A program made the position numbers and the translations under genes. The notes under the pieces were generated by a model, which searched no databases, was not told the origin of the DNA, and was given only the letters and a program-made list of their open reading frames with translations. Of a stretch of 64,000 nucleotides of DNA, positions 1-11,995 are shown in pieces (the first letter of the stretch is position 1; every line of letters begins with the position of its first letter). The DNA is from Eledone cirrhosa (taxonomy: Eukaryota): assembly GCA_964016885.1 (NCBI GenBank), contig OZ024754.1:34286001-34350000 (forward strand). The letters are read 5' to 3'.

Positions 1-59
1 TCTGGAACTGGTCCAGATTTTTGGATTTGCAGAATTTCTGGATAGAAGCTAAATACATA

Positions 60-470
60 TTTAACTTTTTATCTTGTGAACCACATAAAAATACATTAGT
101 AAGATATTCTTGAAAAATACAAATCAGCACTGTGACTGCAACACATTAAATATTAAAGTCTTTACTCAGATACTGCAAATTTTCACAACAATCTGTCCAC
201 TAGTAAAGATACAATAAACATTGGAATTGTAGCAGTGGCCTCCCTTGTTGTGACTCACAACCCCAATAGATTAACATCTAGACGGGAAGTAGAACCCTTT
301 CTGTAACTTCCGGCAGAGCCCTATAAAACGAATAGCTCTCGGCTCTCTCCCTCTCATTTGCCCTTCCGGCGCCTGGCCTTCGCCAGGCGTCTCGCGTTTG
401 CCTGCCACTGCTACAGAATTAAACCTATTTATAAATATTTTCTGCTAATTTATCACAGGGCTTTTAGATA
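60..470. mobile_element. MITE of the TTAACTCTTAACATCCTGT-TIR family, interrupted by the solo LTR
   Basis: Flanks align by eye with the intact copy at 63705-63922 (ccacataaaa...acaacaatctgtccactag...aaacatttgaat). Related copies near 23870-24100, 53965-54130 and 61180-61360. Confidence 0.6.
228..415 (+). mobile_element. Solo LTR (Gypsy-like, 188 bp) nested in a MITE
   Basis: TG...CA termini with 12-bp inverted ends TGTAGCAGTGGC / GCCACTGCTACA. 4-bp direct repeat GAAT on both sides (224-227, 416-419). Internal TATAAAA at about 322. GC-richer than flanks. Confidence 0.75.
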
Positions 471-839
471 TAAGATATATACAATAATCAATGAAAAATA
501 AAAAACAAAACTAATTAACAGATACAAATTAATATACTTCTAAAGCAGGATTTGTTTGATTGTTATTAATTCATTTAAAATTTACAAAATGATATCAACG
601 TGCCAGTGCAATGTGTCTTCACTTCAATAGGGAAAGAAAGCCATTTTGAAAGCAGAGAAATGGATCAGTATATATTTATCTTTTGACATGTTTCCTACTT
701 TTTGTATTTTAAAACTGTTTGAGGTTGTGAGAGGGGTCTTAACAATATTTCACATAGCAAAATGAAATAAAGTTAAAAATTGATTATCACTTTACAGACT
801 GTTTGTTTGATTGATTGATTGGAAGGGTGATAATGGTTG

Positions 840-1125
840 TTGCAGTGGGGTGGCAGTGGTTGTGGTGGTGTATGTTGTGAAGAAAAATAGAATGAGATGG
901 TTGGGTCATGTGTTAGGAAGGATGAGAGCAACTGGGTGAGAGGAATAGAACCAGTGATGGATGTTGTAAAGAGAAATGGAATGAGATGATTCAAGTATGT
1001 GTTGAGGAACAATGAAAGTAATAAGTGAGAGGAGTGATGGAAATAAATGTGGAAGGAAGTAGAAGGGGAAGACCAAGAAAGACATGGATAAAGATGATGG
1101 AGGAGGAAATGAAAGCCAGAGGGGA
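840..1125 (+). mobile_element. Degenerate RTE-type LINE 3' fragment
   Basis: Remnants of LRWFGHV (twice) and VEGSRRGRPRKTW, typical of the RTE ORF C-terminus. Confidence 0.6.
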
Positions 1126-1519
1126 AAATGCTCTTAAAATACTGGTTGCTGTTCAGGAAGAAAAGATGTCAGCAAACGAGAATGAGCTACAATATATCAA
1201 AATATGGAAATACAAATTTTAAAAAATAGGAAGAAATGAAAATTTTTTTTAAAATTTTAATTATGTATAATTAAATCTTGTGAAATATTACTTGCCTGTT
1301 TATATAAAATATACCACTACATACACATGAATGTATGCATTGTTTTTCTTGTCCAGTCATTCAACTCTGTCCTCGAGTCAATTACATTGACCTCAGTATT
1401 TGAGCTTGGATTTTATCAATCAATATCTAACGAACTGTTAACTTTTTCAATACACACGCATACTTAGTTGGACACCAGTGAACTTAACACACACAAACAT
1501 TTGGTTTTATACAAGCACA

Positions 1520-1862
1520 TATGGTGAAGACCCCCTTTGATCACAAATGACTATGGGATTTTCACCTAAAAAGTTCCCCCTCCGAGGCACAAGTTCAGGT
1601 AAGATTGTTTGTGGAAGACCAACAGTCACCCATGCATACCAGTTTCCCCTCTACATGCCACTGGTGTTGTCCAAAGGAAAAGTAAACACTGATACAGCTT
1701 GCCACCAGTGATGTTGTAACTCATTTCTACAGTTGAGTGAACTGGAACAATGTGAAATAAAATGTCTTTCTCAAGGACACAACACACTGCCTGGTCTGGG
1801 AATTAAATTCACACCCTCACGATTGTGAGCCCAACACTTTAACCACTGTGCCATGTGCCTTC
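1520..1862 (-). mobile_element. tRNA-head SINE with CORE-like segment
   Basis: Minus strand starts gaaggcacatggcacagtggttaaagtg (A-box like), followed by gtgtccttgagaaagacattttatttcacattgttccagttcactcaactg. Paralog at about 23330-23670. Confidence 0.65.
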
Positions 1863-2329
1863 AAATAACAAGAACATATGTACATTTGGTTTCATCTAAA
1901 TTCCAAAGATATTAGTGAACTTGAGGTTATAGCAGATAGCATTCAATGTACCATAGTGGGATTAAACATGGGATCACATGGTTGAGAAACAAACTTCTTA
2001 ATCACCCAACTATGCTTGTATCTATAAAACTACTGTCATCACTGGCAATCAAGTATGATGTAGTTTGTACGATAGTTTTACTGATGGATTTAGGTGAGAG
2101 GGTTCTCCAGTTAAGTCAATACTCAACAACCTTGCTAGTGCTGGTGCCATGATAAATCATACCCTGTACACTCTATAATATGAGGTTTCTCAGTTGTTTT
2201 AATGATAGAAACATAATCCTTATTAGAAAACCCAAAAAAACCTAAGATATGCAACCTCGTAGGAAGCCAAATAAACTAACTTATACACCTGTTATTGTCT
2301 TCTTTGCTGGCTGATAAAGAGGTAAGGAC

Positions 2330-2935
2330 CAAGTATGTGGATACTATTGCATCCAAATTTAAAGAACTACTTGAACAAACTGAGGATGTTGAAATGGAGT
2401 GGAGACTGTTCAGCTGTTAAATGCTGGGAGCGAAAGCGGCTTTGTGTAGTAGTGCTGGGTGGCATATGAACCCCTTGGTTCAATCAGGAGGTTAAAGATG
2501 CCATCTGAGCAAAGCTTGGCTTAGAAATAAATGCTCTCTCTTGCACTCGTGGTACAAGCAGGCGTGAAAAGTCGCAACAGAGACTGTATAGGTGTCCAAA
2601 GTTAAGACATAGGAGAACTTTGGTTCAGTTAGAATCCGATTTTAGACCAGAAAATCAAGTATTCTGACAGACCACCGACCGTAATAAGAAGTCTCCCTCC
2701 ACGCCTGCTGTCAGGAATGCTTCTGGGGTCCTCCTCTCTTCAGAGAGGTGCATTCTCGCGAGCTGGAAAGAATACTTTTCTGGTCTCCTAAACCCGCTCA
2801 CAACAGCATTTTCTAATGTATATGAGGTACATCTCTGAGCGATGACTAACCACCTAAAAAGCTGAGCCCACCAGGACAATTAAAAAGCTCAAAGGTGACA
2901 AGGCCTTTAAGGAGGATGAAATTCAGCCCAATATG
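2330..2935 (+). mobile_element. Degenerate LINE (RTE-like) fragment, region upstream of the RT
   Basis: Broken frames give PW...EVKDAI, ILASWKEYFSGLLN and AIKKLK.DKA..EDEIQP, the usual endonuclease-RT linker motifs. Confidence 0.55.
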
Positions 2936-3098
2936 AATTATGGAAGCTTCTGATAATAAAGGCAAATATATTTCAAACTTGCCTAATTTCTTAGTAAACT
3001 TATCAGTTTAATAATTTCTATATTTGAAGTTTTGGCAAAAATCCATTATTTAAAAATTTTAGATTTATTTCCCTTTATTTTATCCAAAACTTTGATAT

Positions 3099-3152
3099 AC
3101 CGGAAGCTTAAGAAAAACTATTACCCACAATCCATTACTTTTTCATCTTCCG
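3099..3152 (+). promoter_or_regulatory. Putative EIF1AD promoter with ETS-type motif
   Basis: ACCGGAAG at 3099-3106 and CTTCCG at about 3147, 70-125 bp upstream of the ATG. Motif only. Confidence 0.3.
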
Positions 3153-3223
3153 TTAGCTTACACATGTTTATTTACAACGTTTTAGACTTGTATTGGAACT
3201 TTAAACTACTTTAACTATTAAAA

Positions 3224-3310
3224 ATGACTCATATAACTAAACGGAAGTATGTGGCAAATGAGTTGCTCTACGAATTCGTTCTGCCAGAAAGCCACCAATA
3301 TATTGTTAAG
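3224..3310 (+). CDS. EIF1AD: EIF1AD exon 1 (probable RNA-binding protein EIF1AD)
   Basis: MTHITKRKYVANELLYEFVLPESHQYIVK resembles the EIF1AD N-terminus. Donor AG|gtaaga, phase 0. Gene = join(3224..3310,6044..6152,11615..11723,12730..13099), 675 nt, 224 aa. Confidence 0.9.
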
Positions 3311-4216
3311 GTAAGATTTCATTGAAAAATACAATCTATCAATTTTCATTTTCTGTCATAGCATACTTCAGTGCCTTACCCACATCAAAGTGAAAGTTGA
3401 TTGATTACTTTAAAATGAATTTGGGAACACACTACGTTTATTATTGTTTATAATTCCGTTCGTTAATGCTTTCATTTACCGAATACTTGAGATTTTTAAA
3501 ATTAAAATTAGCTAAACATAAACGCAGACATTTGTTTGTTTGGCGCATCTTCCAATTCTGTGTTGATGATAATATCGATCAGGATAATGTCATAGATTTT
3601 ATATTGAAATGTAATTTAGCATTTATAGTCCTTTCTTCTACACCCAGATCTGCCCTTCTTTACATACATCTAGTAGGCACCACTTGACCACTATACCTCC
3701 GCCTGTCCACTTTACCCTTACAGTCTGAAGAACGAAATATATCTAGTCCACACTGTAAAGTGGTCGTGTAGGAGTCACGAGAAAAATCACCCAGCACACA
3801 CTGTAAATGTTGTTGGCATTTGGAAGTGCATCCAGCCGTAGAAACCTAACCAGAAACAGTTCTATATGAGTAAGACACGGTCAGCTGGCCCAACTTGCCT
3901 CAAATGAGACAACCCCTCTAACCCATGCTAGCGTGGGAAATGGACGTTAAACGGTGTTGATGAATTATTAAAATTCTTTTTCTACAATTATAAATTGCGA
4001 ATTACGATTATGTTGATGACATTTTAAAAATATGTACATGTATATTATTTTATTTTTATTTAATTTTATCAGCATAATCGTACTCTACAACTTCGAAATC
4101 ATTAAAAAAAAGGTATTGTTATAAAAAAAACACCTCAACCGATTTCGACAGGAAATAATTTATTTTTTCGGTTTTTCCGTGTGTTATCAATTAAATTTAC
4201 CTCCCAATATAGTACT

Positions 4217-4462
4217 AAGGACTTATTTCTCGGAAAAGGAAAGGAGAGAGGGGAAGACCCTCGAATTTTTCACACACATGCCCCGTCCACGAGTTTTCTT
4301 TAACATTTCCCCCTCGGTGTTTTCGTGTTCTTCCAACTAGTTTTATCTCCGAACATGCGGCGAAGCCCTTGGAGTAGGGATTAGGGGATAAAAAAAAAAT
4401 CCTAGAGGGGAGGTTCAGGTCTGAGGGTCCCCTGCCGTTTTCCGTGGAAAATAAAGTCCCTG
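4217..4462. mobile_element. Possible MITE with imperfect TIRs
   Basis: Left end aggacttatttctcggaaaagg resembles the reverse complement of the right end (agggactttattttccacggaaaacgg). GC-rich relative to flanks. Confidence 0.4.
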
Positions 4463-4472
4463 GCGTCATAGG

Positions 4473-5059
4473 TTAATTATAACGTCCGCGAAAATGAAAG
4501 TGAATGTGTTTTTTTTGTTTTTTTTACAGTTTAAGTTACGATACACTATTTGTTTATTTACAACAGGTCTCTATAGTGATATGGTGTTAATTAGTATTGC
4601 GTGTGTGATTATTTTCTCATATATATATGTGTGGGTGTGTATATATATGTGTGTCTATGTATATATATATGTTTTTGTATATATATATGTGTTTGTCATC
4701 ATCATCGTTTAGATGTTTTTACCCAAATCCCTTATCATTCTCTGTCCTTCTTAAGACCCGGCCTTAATTTGTTTATAGTTGGTGCCAACTTTGGCAAGAT
4801 ATTACAAAAAAATCTAAACGACGATGATGACACAAACACATATATATATACAAACACACATATATATATACATACAGACACACACATATATATATAAGAG
4901 AAAATAATCACACACGCAATACTAATTAACACCATATCACTATAGAGACCTGTTGTAAATAAACAAATAGTGTATCGTAACTTACATTGTAAAAAAAAAA
5001 AAAAAAACACATTCACTTGTCAGAAAATTCACTTTCATTTTCGCGAACGTTATAATTAA
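4473..5059. repeat. Long inverted repeat, about 250-bp arms and 85-bp spacer
   Basis: 4473-4720 is the near reverse complement of 4806-5059. The ORF track shows the same peptide on both strands (4494+ and 4735-). Confidence 0.9.
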
Positions 5060-5094
5060 GCTATGCCAAAATACTACTATTACAACACTTACCA

Positions 5095-5535
5095 AGGTCA
5101 CAACTATCACTACCACCCCCACTACTACTATTACCAAAGCCACAACTATCACCACCACTACTACTACTACTACTACTATTACCAAAGCCACAACTATCAC
5201 CACCACTACCAACACTACTATTACCAAAGCCACAACTATCACCACCACCACTACTACTACTATTACCAAAGCCACAACTATCACCACCACCCCCACTACT
5301 ACTATTACCAAAGCCACAACTATCACCACCACCCCCACTACTATTACCAAAGCCACAACTATCACCACCACCCCCACTACTACTATTACCAAAGCCACAA
5401 CTATCACCACCACCCCCACTACTACTATTACCAAAGCCACAACTATCACCACTACCACTACTACTACTATTACCAAAGCCACAACTATCACCACTACTAT
5501 TACTAAAGCTACAACTATCACCACCACTATTATCC
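5095..5535. repeat. Minisatellite of about 36-45 bp units (TATTACCAAAGCCACAACTATCACC plus CAC/TAC runs), about 11 copies
   Basis: Direct reading of the repeated unit, with variable trinucleotide tracts. Confidence 0.9.
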
Positions 5536-5539
5536 ATAA

Positions 5540-6025
5540 AGATGAAGGATAAAGCTAACCTCAGCAGGTTTTGAACTCAGGATGTATAGGGTCGTAACTC
5601 TATGCCACAAAGCATGTTGTCCAATGCTCTACCAATACTGTCAGTCAAGTGGATTGGCAGTATCGGTAGAGGGTTGGACACCATGCGTTGACGTATAGAG
5701 TTACGGCCCTTTCCATTCTGAGTTCAAATCCCCCCAAGCTTAACTTTGACTTTCATCCTCATGGGGTCGATAAAATAAAGTACCAGTAATGCACTGGGAA
5801 ATTACTGGCCTTGTGCCAAAAGTAGAAACAATTATTTTTGGCACAAGGTAGAAGGTCGGACGCCATGCTATGCAGCATAGAGTTACGCCCCTTTGTAGTC
5901 TGAGTTCAAATCCCGCCGAGGTTAACTTTGCCTTTCATCCTTACTGGGGGGTCGATAAAATAAAGTACCAGTAATGTACTGGGATAATTGCTGGCCTTGT
6001 GCCAAAAGTAGAAACAATTATTTCA
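5540..6025. mobile_element. Cluster of three family-A tRNA-derived SINEs (one -, two +)
   Basis: Shared gtggattggcagtatcggtagag...ctgagttcaaatcc (B-box like)...ctttcatcc...gtcgataaaataaagtaccagta...ggccttgtgcc. Confidence 0.75.
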
Positions 6026-6043
6026 TTAATATCAATTTTTCAG

Positions 6044-6152
6044 GTGAAACATTGCCGTGGTAACAACTTACATGAAGTTTGGAATGAGGAAGGAGAAGAA
6101 TTTCTGGTTAGCATGCCACCAAAATTTCGAAACCATTTTTATATCTTAAAAG
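6044..6152 (+). CDS. EIF1AD: EIF1AD exon 2
   Basis: tttttcag acceptor. VKHCRGNNLHEVWNEEGEEFLVSMPPKFRNHFYILK carries the GNNLHEV...FLVSMP signature of the S1/OB domain. Ends in phase 1. Confidence 0.93.
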
Positions 6153-6255
6153 GTTTGATTATTTATGTAAATCATTATTGTTAAATTTATGTATTGTTAC
6201 TTTTAACTCTTAACATCCTGTAATAATTTAGAAGATAATTTTTAAAAACAAGATA

Positions 6256-6422
6256 TCGTATTTCCCAGTGCCGAAGACGTTTTGTTCTCGAAGGCGCACT
6301 CTAATTTTGACAACCAAAAATTTGGAAAAAAATAACAACCTTCGGCCTCCAGGACGCATGGTAGATTTTTGAGATTTATTTTAGGAAAAAAAGTAGCGTC
6401 TTAGACGCCAGGAAATACTGTA
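6256..6422. mobile_element. pogo/Tigger-like MITE
   Basis: TA-flanked imperfect TIRs tcgtatttcccagtgccgaagacg / cgtcttagacgccaggaaatactg. Confidence 0.55.
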
Positions 6423-6534
6423 ATTCAAACCTTTATAGTATGGTAATATGCTGTAATACAACTGACCAATCTACCAGTACAAGAATCATGACACTAAAAG
6501 TAAACTTGTTGAGAAACTGTGGAAGCTACAATGT

Positions 6535-9500
6535 CTGACAGCCTAGCATGTGACAACCTCTCTAGTGTTGGTGTCACAATATAACACATCCAGTAATCTG
6601 GCCTAGCATGTGACAACCTCTCTAGTGTTGGTGTCACAATATAACACATCCAGTAGTCTGGCCTAGCATGTGACAACCTCTCTAGTGTTGGTGTCACAAT
6701 ATAACACATCCAGTAGTCTGGCCTAGCATGTGACAACCTCTCTAGTGTTGGTGTCACAATATAACACATCCAGTAGTCTGGCCTAGCATGTGACAACCTC
6801 TCTAGTGTTGGTGTCACAATATAACACATCCAGTAGTCTGGCCTAGCATGTGACAACTTCTCTAGTGTTGGTGTCACAATATAACACATCCAGTAATCTG
6901 GCCTAGCATATGACAACTTCTCTAGCGTTGGTGTCACGATAAAACACATCCAGTAATCTGGCCTAGCATGTGACAACCTCTCTAGTGTTGGTGTCACAAT
7001 AAAACACATCCAGTAATCTGGCCTAGCATGTGACAACTTCTCTAGTGTTGGTGTCACAATAAAACACATCCAGTAGTCTGGCCTAGCATGTGACAACCTC
7101 TCTAGTGTTGGTGTCACAATATAACACATCCAGTAGTCTGGCCTAGCATGTGACAACTTCTCTAGTGTTGGTGTCACAATATAACACATCCAGTAGTCTG
7201 GCCTAGCATGTGACAACCTCTCTAGTGTTGGTGTCACAATATAACACATCCAGTAGTATGGCCTAGCATGTGACAACTTCTCTAGTGTTGGTGTCACAAT
7301 ATAACACATCCAGTAGTCTGGCCTAGCATGTGACAACCTCTCTAGTGTTGGTGTCACAATATAACACATCCAGTAGTCTGGCCTAGCATGTGACAACTTC
7401 TCTAGTGTTGGTGTCACAATATAACACATCCAGTAGTCTGGCCTAGCATGTGACAACCTCTCTAGTGTTGGTGTCACAATATAACACATCCAGTAGTATG
7501 GCCTAGCATGTGACAACTTCTCTAGTGTTGGTGTCACAATATAACACATCCAGTAGTATGGCCTAGCATGTGACAACTTCTCTAGTGTTGGTGTCACAAT
7601 ATAACACATCCAGTAGTCTGGCCTAGCATGTGACAGCTTCTCTAGTGTTGGTGTCACAATATAACACATCCAGTAGTCTGGCCTAGCATGTGATAACCTC
7701 TCTAGTGTTGGTGTCACAATATAACACATCCAGTAATCTGGCCTAGCATGTGACAACTTCTCTAGTGTTGGTGTCACAATATAACACATCCAGTAGTCTG
7801 GCCTAGCATGTGACAACCTCTCTAGTGTTGGTGTCACAATATAACACATCCAGTAGTATGGCCTAGCATGTGAAAACCTCTCTAGTGTTGGTGTCACAAT
7901 ATAACACATCCAGTAGTATGGCCTAGCATGTGACAGCTTCTCTAGTGTTGGTGTCACAATATAACACATCCAGTAGTCTGGCCTAGCATGTGAAAACCTC
8001 TCTAGTGTTGGTGTCACAATATAACACATCCAGTAGTATGGCCTAGCATGTGACAGCTTCTCTAGTGTTGGTGTCACAATATAACACATCCAGTAGTCTG
8101 GCCTAGCATGTGACAGCTTCTCTAGTGTTGGTGTCACAATATAACACATCCAGTAGTCTGGCCTAGCATGTGACAACCTCTCTAGTGTTGGTGTCACAAT
8201 AAAACACATCCAGTAGTCTGGCCTAGCATGTGACAACTTCTCTAGTGTTGGTGTCACAATAAAACACATCAAGTAGTCTGGCCAAGCATGTGACAACTTC
8301 TCTAGTGTTGGTGTCACAATATAACACATCCACTAGTCTGGCCTAGCATGTGACAACTTCTCTAGTGTTGGTGTCACAATATAACACATCCAGTAGTATG
8401 GCCTAGCATGTGACAACTTCTCTAGTGTTGGTGTCACAATATAACACATCCACTAGTCTGGCCTAGCATGTGACAACTTCTCTAGTGTTGGTGTCACAAT
8501 ATAACACATCCAGTAGTATGGCCTAGCATGTGACAACTTCTCTCGTGTTGGTGTCACAATATAACACATCAAGTAGTCTGGCCAAGCATGTGACAACCTC
8601 TTTAGTGTTGGTGTCACAATAAAACACATCCACTAGTCTGGCCTAGCATGTGACAACCTCTCTAGTGTTGGTGTCACAATATAACACATCCAGTAGTCTG
8701 GCCTAGCATGTGACACCCTCTCTAGTGTTGGTGTCACAATATAACACATCCAGTAGTCTGGCCTAGCATGTGACAACCTCTTTAGTGTTGGTGTCACAAT
8801 ATAACACATCCAGTAGTCTGGCCTAGCATGTGACAACCTCTCTAGTGTTGGTGTCACAATATAACACATCCAATAGTCTGGCCTAGCATGTGACAACTTC
8901 TCTAGTGTTGGTGTCACAATATAACACATCCAGTAGTCTGGCCTAGCATGTGACAACCTCTCTAGTGTTGGTGTCACAATAAAACACATCCAGTAGTCTG
9001 GCCTAGCATATGACAACCTCTCTAGTGTTGGTGTCACAATATAACACATCCAATAGTCTGGCCTAGCATGTGACAACTTCTCTAGTGTTGGTGTCACAAT
9101 ATAACACATCCAGTAGTCTGGCCTAGCATGTGACAACCTCTCTAGTGTTGGTGTCACAATATAACACATCCAGTAGTCTGGCCTAGCATGTGACAACTTC
9201 TCTAGTGTTGGTGTCACAATATAACACATCCAGTAGTCTGGCCTAGCATGTGACAACTTCTCTAGTGTTGGTGTCACAATATAACACATCCAGTAGTCTG
9301 GCCTAGCATGTGACAACCTCTCTAGTGTTGGTGTCACAATATAACACATCCAGTAGTCTGGCCTAGCATGTAACAACTTCTCTAGTGTTGGTGTCACAAT
9401 ATAACACATCCAGTAGTCTGGCCTAGCATGTGACAACCTCTCTAGTGTTGGTGTCACAATATAACACATCCAGTAGTCTGGCCTAGCATGTGACAACCTC

Positions 9501-11450
9501 TCTAGTGTTGGTGTCACAATATAACACATCCAGTAGTCTGGCCTAGCATGTGACAACCTCTCTAGTGTTGGTGTCACAATATAACACATCCAGTCGTCTG
9601 GCCTAGCATGTGACACCCTCTCTAGTGTTGGTGTCACAATATAACACATCCAGTAGTATGGCCTAGCATGTGACAACCTCTCTAGTGTTGGTGTCACAAT
9701 ATAACACATCCAGTAGTCTGGCCTAGCATGTGACAACCTCTTTAGTGTTGGTGTCACAATATAACACATCCAGTAGTCTGGCCTAGCATGTGACAACCTC
9801 TCTAGTGTTGGTGTCACAATATAATACATCCAGTAGTCTGGCCTAGCATGTGACAACCTCTCTAGTGTTGGTGTCACAATATAATACATCCAGTAGTCTG
9901 GCCTAGCATGTGACAACCTCTTTAGTGTTGGTGTCACAATATAACACATCCAGTAGTCTGGCCTAGCCTGTGACAACCTCTTTAGTGTTGGTGTCACAAT
10001 ATAACACATCCAGTAGTCTGGCCTAGCATGTGACAACCTCTCTAGTGTTGGTGTCACAATATAACACATCCAGTAGTCTGGCCTAGCATGTGACAACTTC
10101 TCTAGTGTTGGTGTCATAATATAACACATCCAGTAGTCTGGCCTAGCATGTGACACCCTCTTTAGTGTTGGTGTCACAATAAAACACATCCAGTAGTCTG
10201 GCCTAGCATGTGACAACCTCTTTAGTGTTGGTGTCACAATAAAACACATCCAGTAGTCTGGCCTAGCATGTGACAACCTCTTTAGTGTTGGTGTCACAAT
10301 AAAACACATCCAGTAGTCTGGCCTAGCATGTGACAACCTCTTTAGTGTTGGTGTCACAATAAAACACATCCAGTAGTCTGGCCTAGCATGTGACAACCTC
10401 TTTAGTGTTGGTGTCACAATAAAACACATCCAGTAGTCTGGCCTAGCATGTGACAACCTCTTTAGTGTTGGTGTCACAATAAAACACATCCAGTAGTCTG
10501 GCCTAGCATGTGACAACCTCTTTAGTGTTGGTGTCACAATAAAACACATCCAGTAGTCTGGCCTAGCATGTGACAACCTCTTTAGTGTTGGTGTCACAAT
10601 AAAACACATCCAGTAGTCTGGCCTAGCATGTGACAACCTCTTTAGTGTTGGTGTCACAATAAAACACATCCAGTAGTCTGGCCTAGCATGTGACAACCTC
10701 TTTAGTGTTGGTGTCACAATAAAACACATCCAGTAGTCTGGCCTAGCATGTGACAACCTCTTTAGTGTTGGTGTCACAATAAAACACATCCAGTAGTCTA
10801 GCCTAGCATGTGACAACCTCTCTAGTGTTGGTGTCACAATATAACACATCCAGTAGTCTGGCCTAGCATGTGACAACTTCTCTAGTGTTGGTGTCACAAT
10901 ATAACACATCCAGTAGTCTGGCCTAGCCTGTGACAACCTCTTTAGTGTTGGTGTCACAATATAACACATCCAGTAGTCTGGCCTAGCATGTGACAACCTC
11001 TTTAGTGTTGGTGTCACAATATAACACATCCAGTAATCTGGCCTAGCATGTGACAACTTCTCTAGTGTTGGTGTCACAATATAACACATCCAGTAGTCTG
11101 GCCTAGCATGTGACAACTTCTCTAGTGTTGGTGTCACAATATAACACATCCAGTAATCTGGCCTAGCATGTGACAACTTCTCTAGTGTTGGTGTCACAAT
11201 ATAACACATCCAGTAGTCTGGCCTAGCATGTGACAACCTCTTTAGTGTTGGTGTCACAATATAACACATCCAGTAGTCTGGCCTAGCATGTGACAACCTC
11301 TTTAGTGTTGGTGTCACAATAAAACACATCCAGTTGTCTGGCCTAGCATGTAACAACTTCTCTAGTGTTGGTGTCACAATATAACACATCCAGTAGTCTG
11401 GCCTAGCATGTAACAACTTCTCTAGTGTTAGTGTCACAATATAATACACC
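6535..11450. repeat. 60-bp tandem satellite, about 82 copies, in EIF1AD intron 2
   Basis: Unit GCCTAGCATGTGACAACCTCTCTAGTGTTGGTGTCACAATATAACACATCCAGTAGTCTG repeats in exact 60-nt register with point variants only. Confidence 0.98.
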
Positions 11451-11614
11451 CTGTAAAGTGGTATAAAACTGGGGCTATGATAAAACACACCCAGTCCACT
11501 CTGTAAAGTGGTATTGAGTTTCAACAATGCTATAGAAAAGAAAATTCAACAATTTAGCTTGGAGAATGAAGATTACAGTTAATTTTAATCTTTCAATTTT
11601 GATTTTTTTTTTAG

Positions 11615-11723
11615 GGATGTTTCTCATTGTTGAGCCGATAGCTGAAGGCGTAAAGGTGAAAGCTGAAATTGTTAGAATTCTGTATAAGGAGCAAATAAAT
11701 TATATTATAAGTAAAGGAGCATG
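11615..11723 (+). CDS. EIF1AD: EIF1AD exon 3
   Basis: poly-T-tag acceptor. GMFLIVEPIAEGVKVKAEIVRILYKEQINYIISKGAW. Donor TG|gtgagt, phase 2. Confidence 0.93.
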
Positions 11724-11995
11724 GTGAGTAAATGTAATATATTTACAATTTCTTATTCAACAAATAATTTTTATGATGGTAATAAGTAACAACCACAAAT
11801 ATTCTTAACGTAATGATCTAAAAGAAAACCTGACAGTTTTCTTTGAACATCCATATTTTTTTTTTACCATGAACTATTCCTGGCTAGGCAGTTACTATCT
11901 GTAAAAAGATGTCATTTTTGTTTTTAAATATTTTAACCCTTTAGCATTTATAAATACTCTATATTTTATTATATTATATTATTCTATATTTTATG

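Noticed and set aside
4982-5537. Gly/Ser/Cys-rich, His/Tyr-rich and Val-rich ORFs resembling structural proteins
   Set aside because: All are frames of one CAC/TAC-based minisatellite, with no splice or promoter support.
6494-11527. 611-aa and 964-aa minus-strand ORFs of a 20-aa repeat (HARPDYWMCYIVTPTLERLS)
   Set aside because: They are translations of a 60-bp satellite whose unit length is a multiple of 3. They are intronic and antisense to EIF1AD, are broken by TAG variants at 8330-8635, and most variants change the amino acid.
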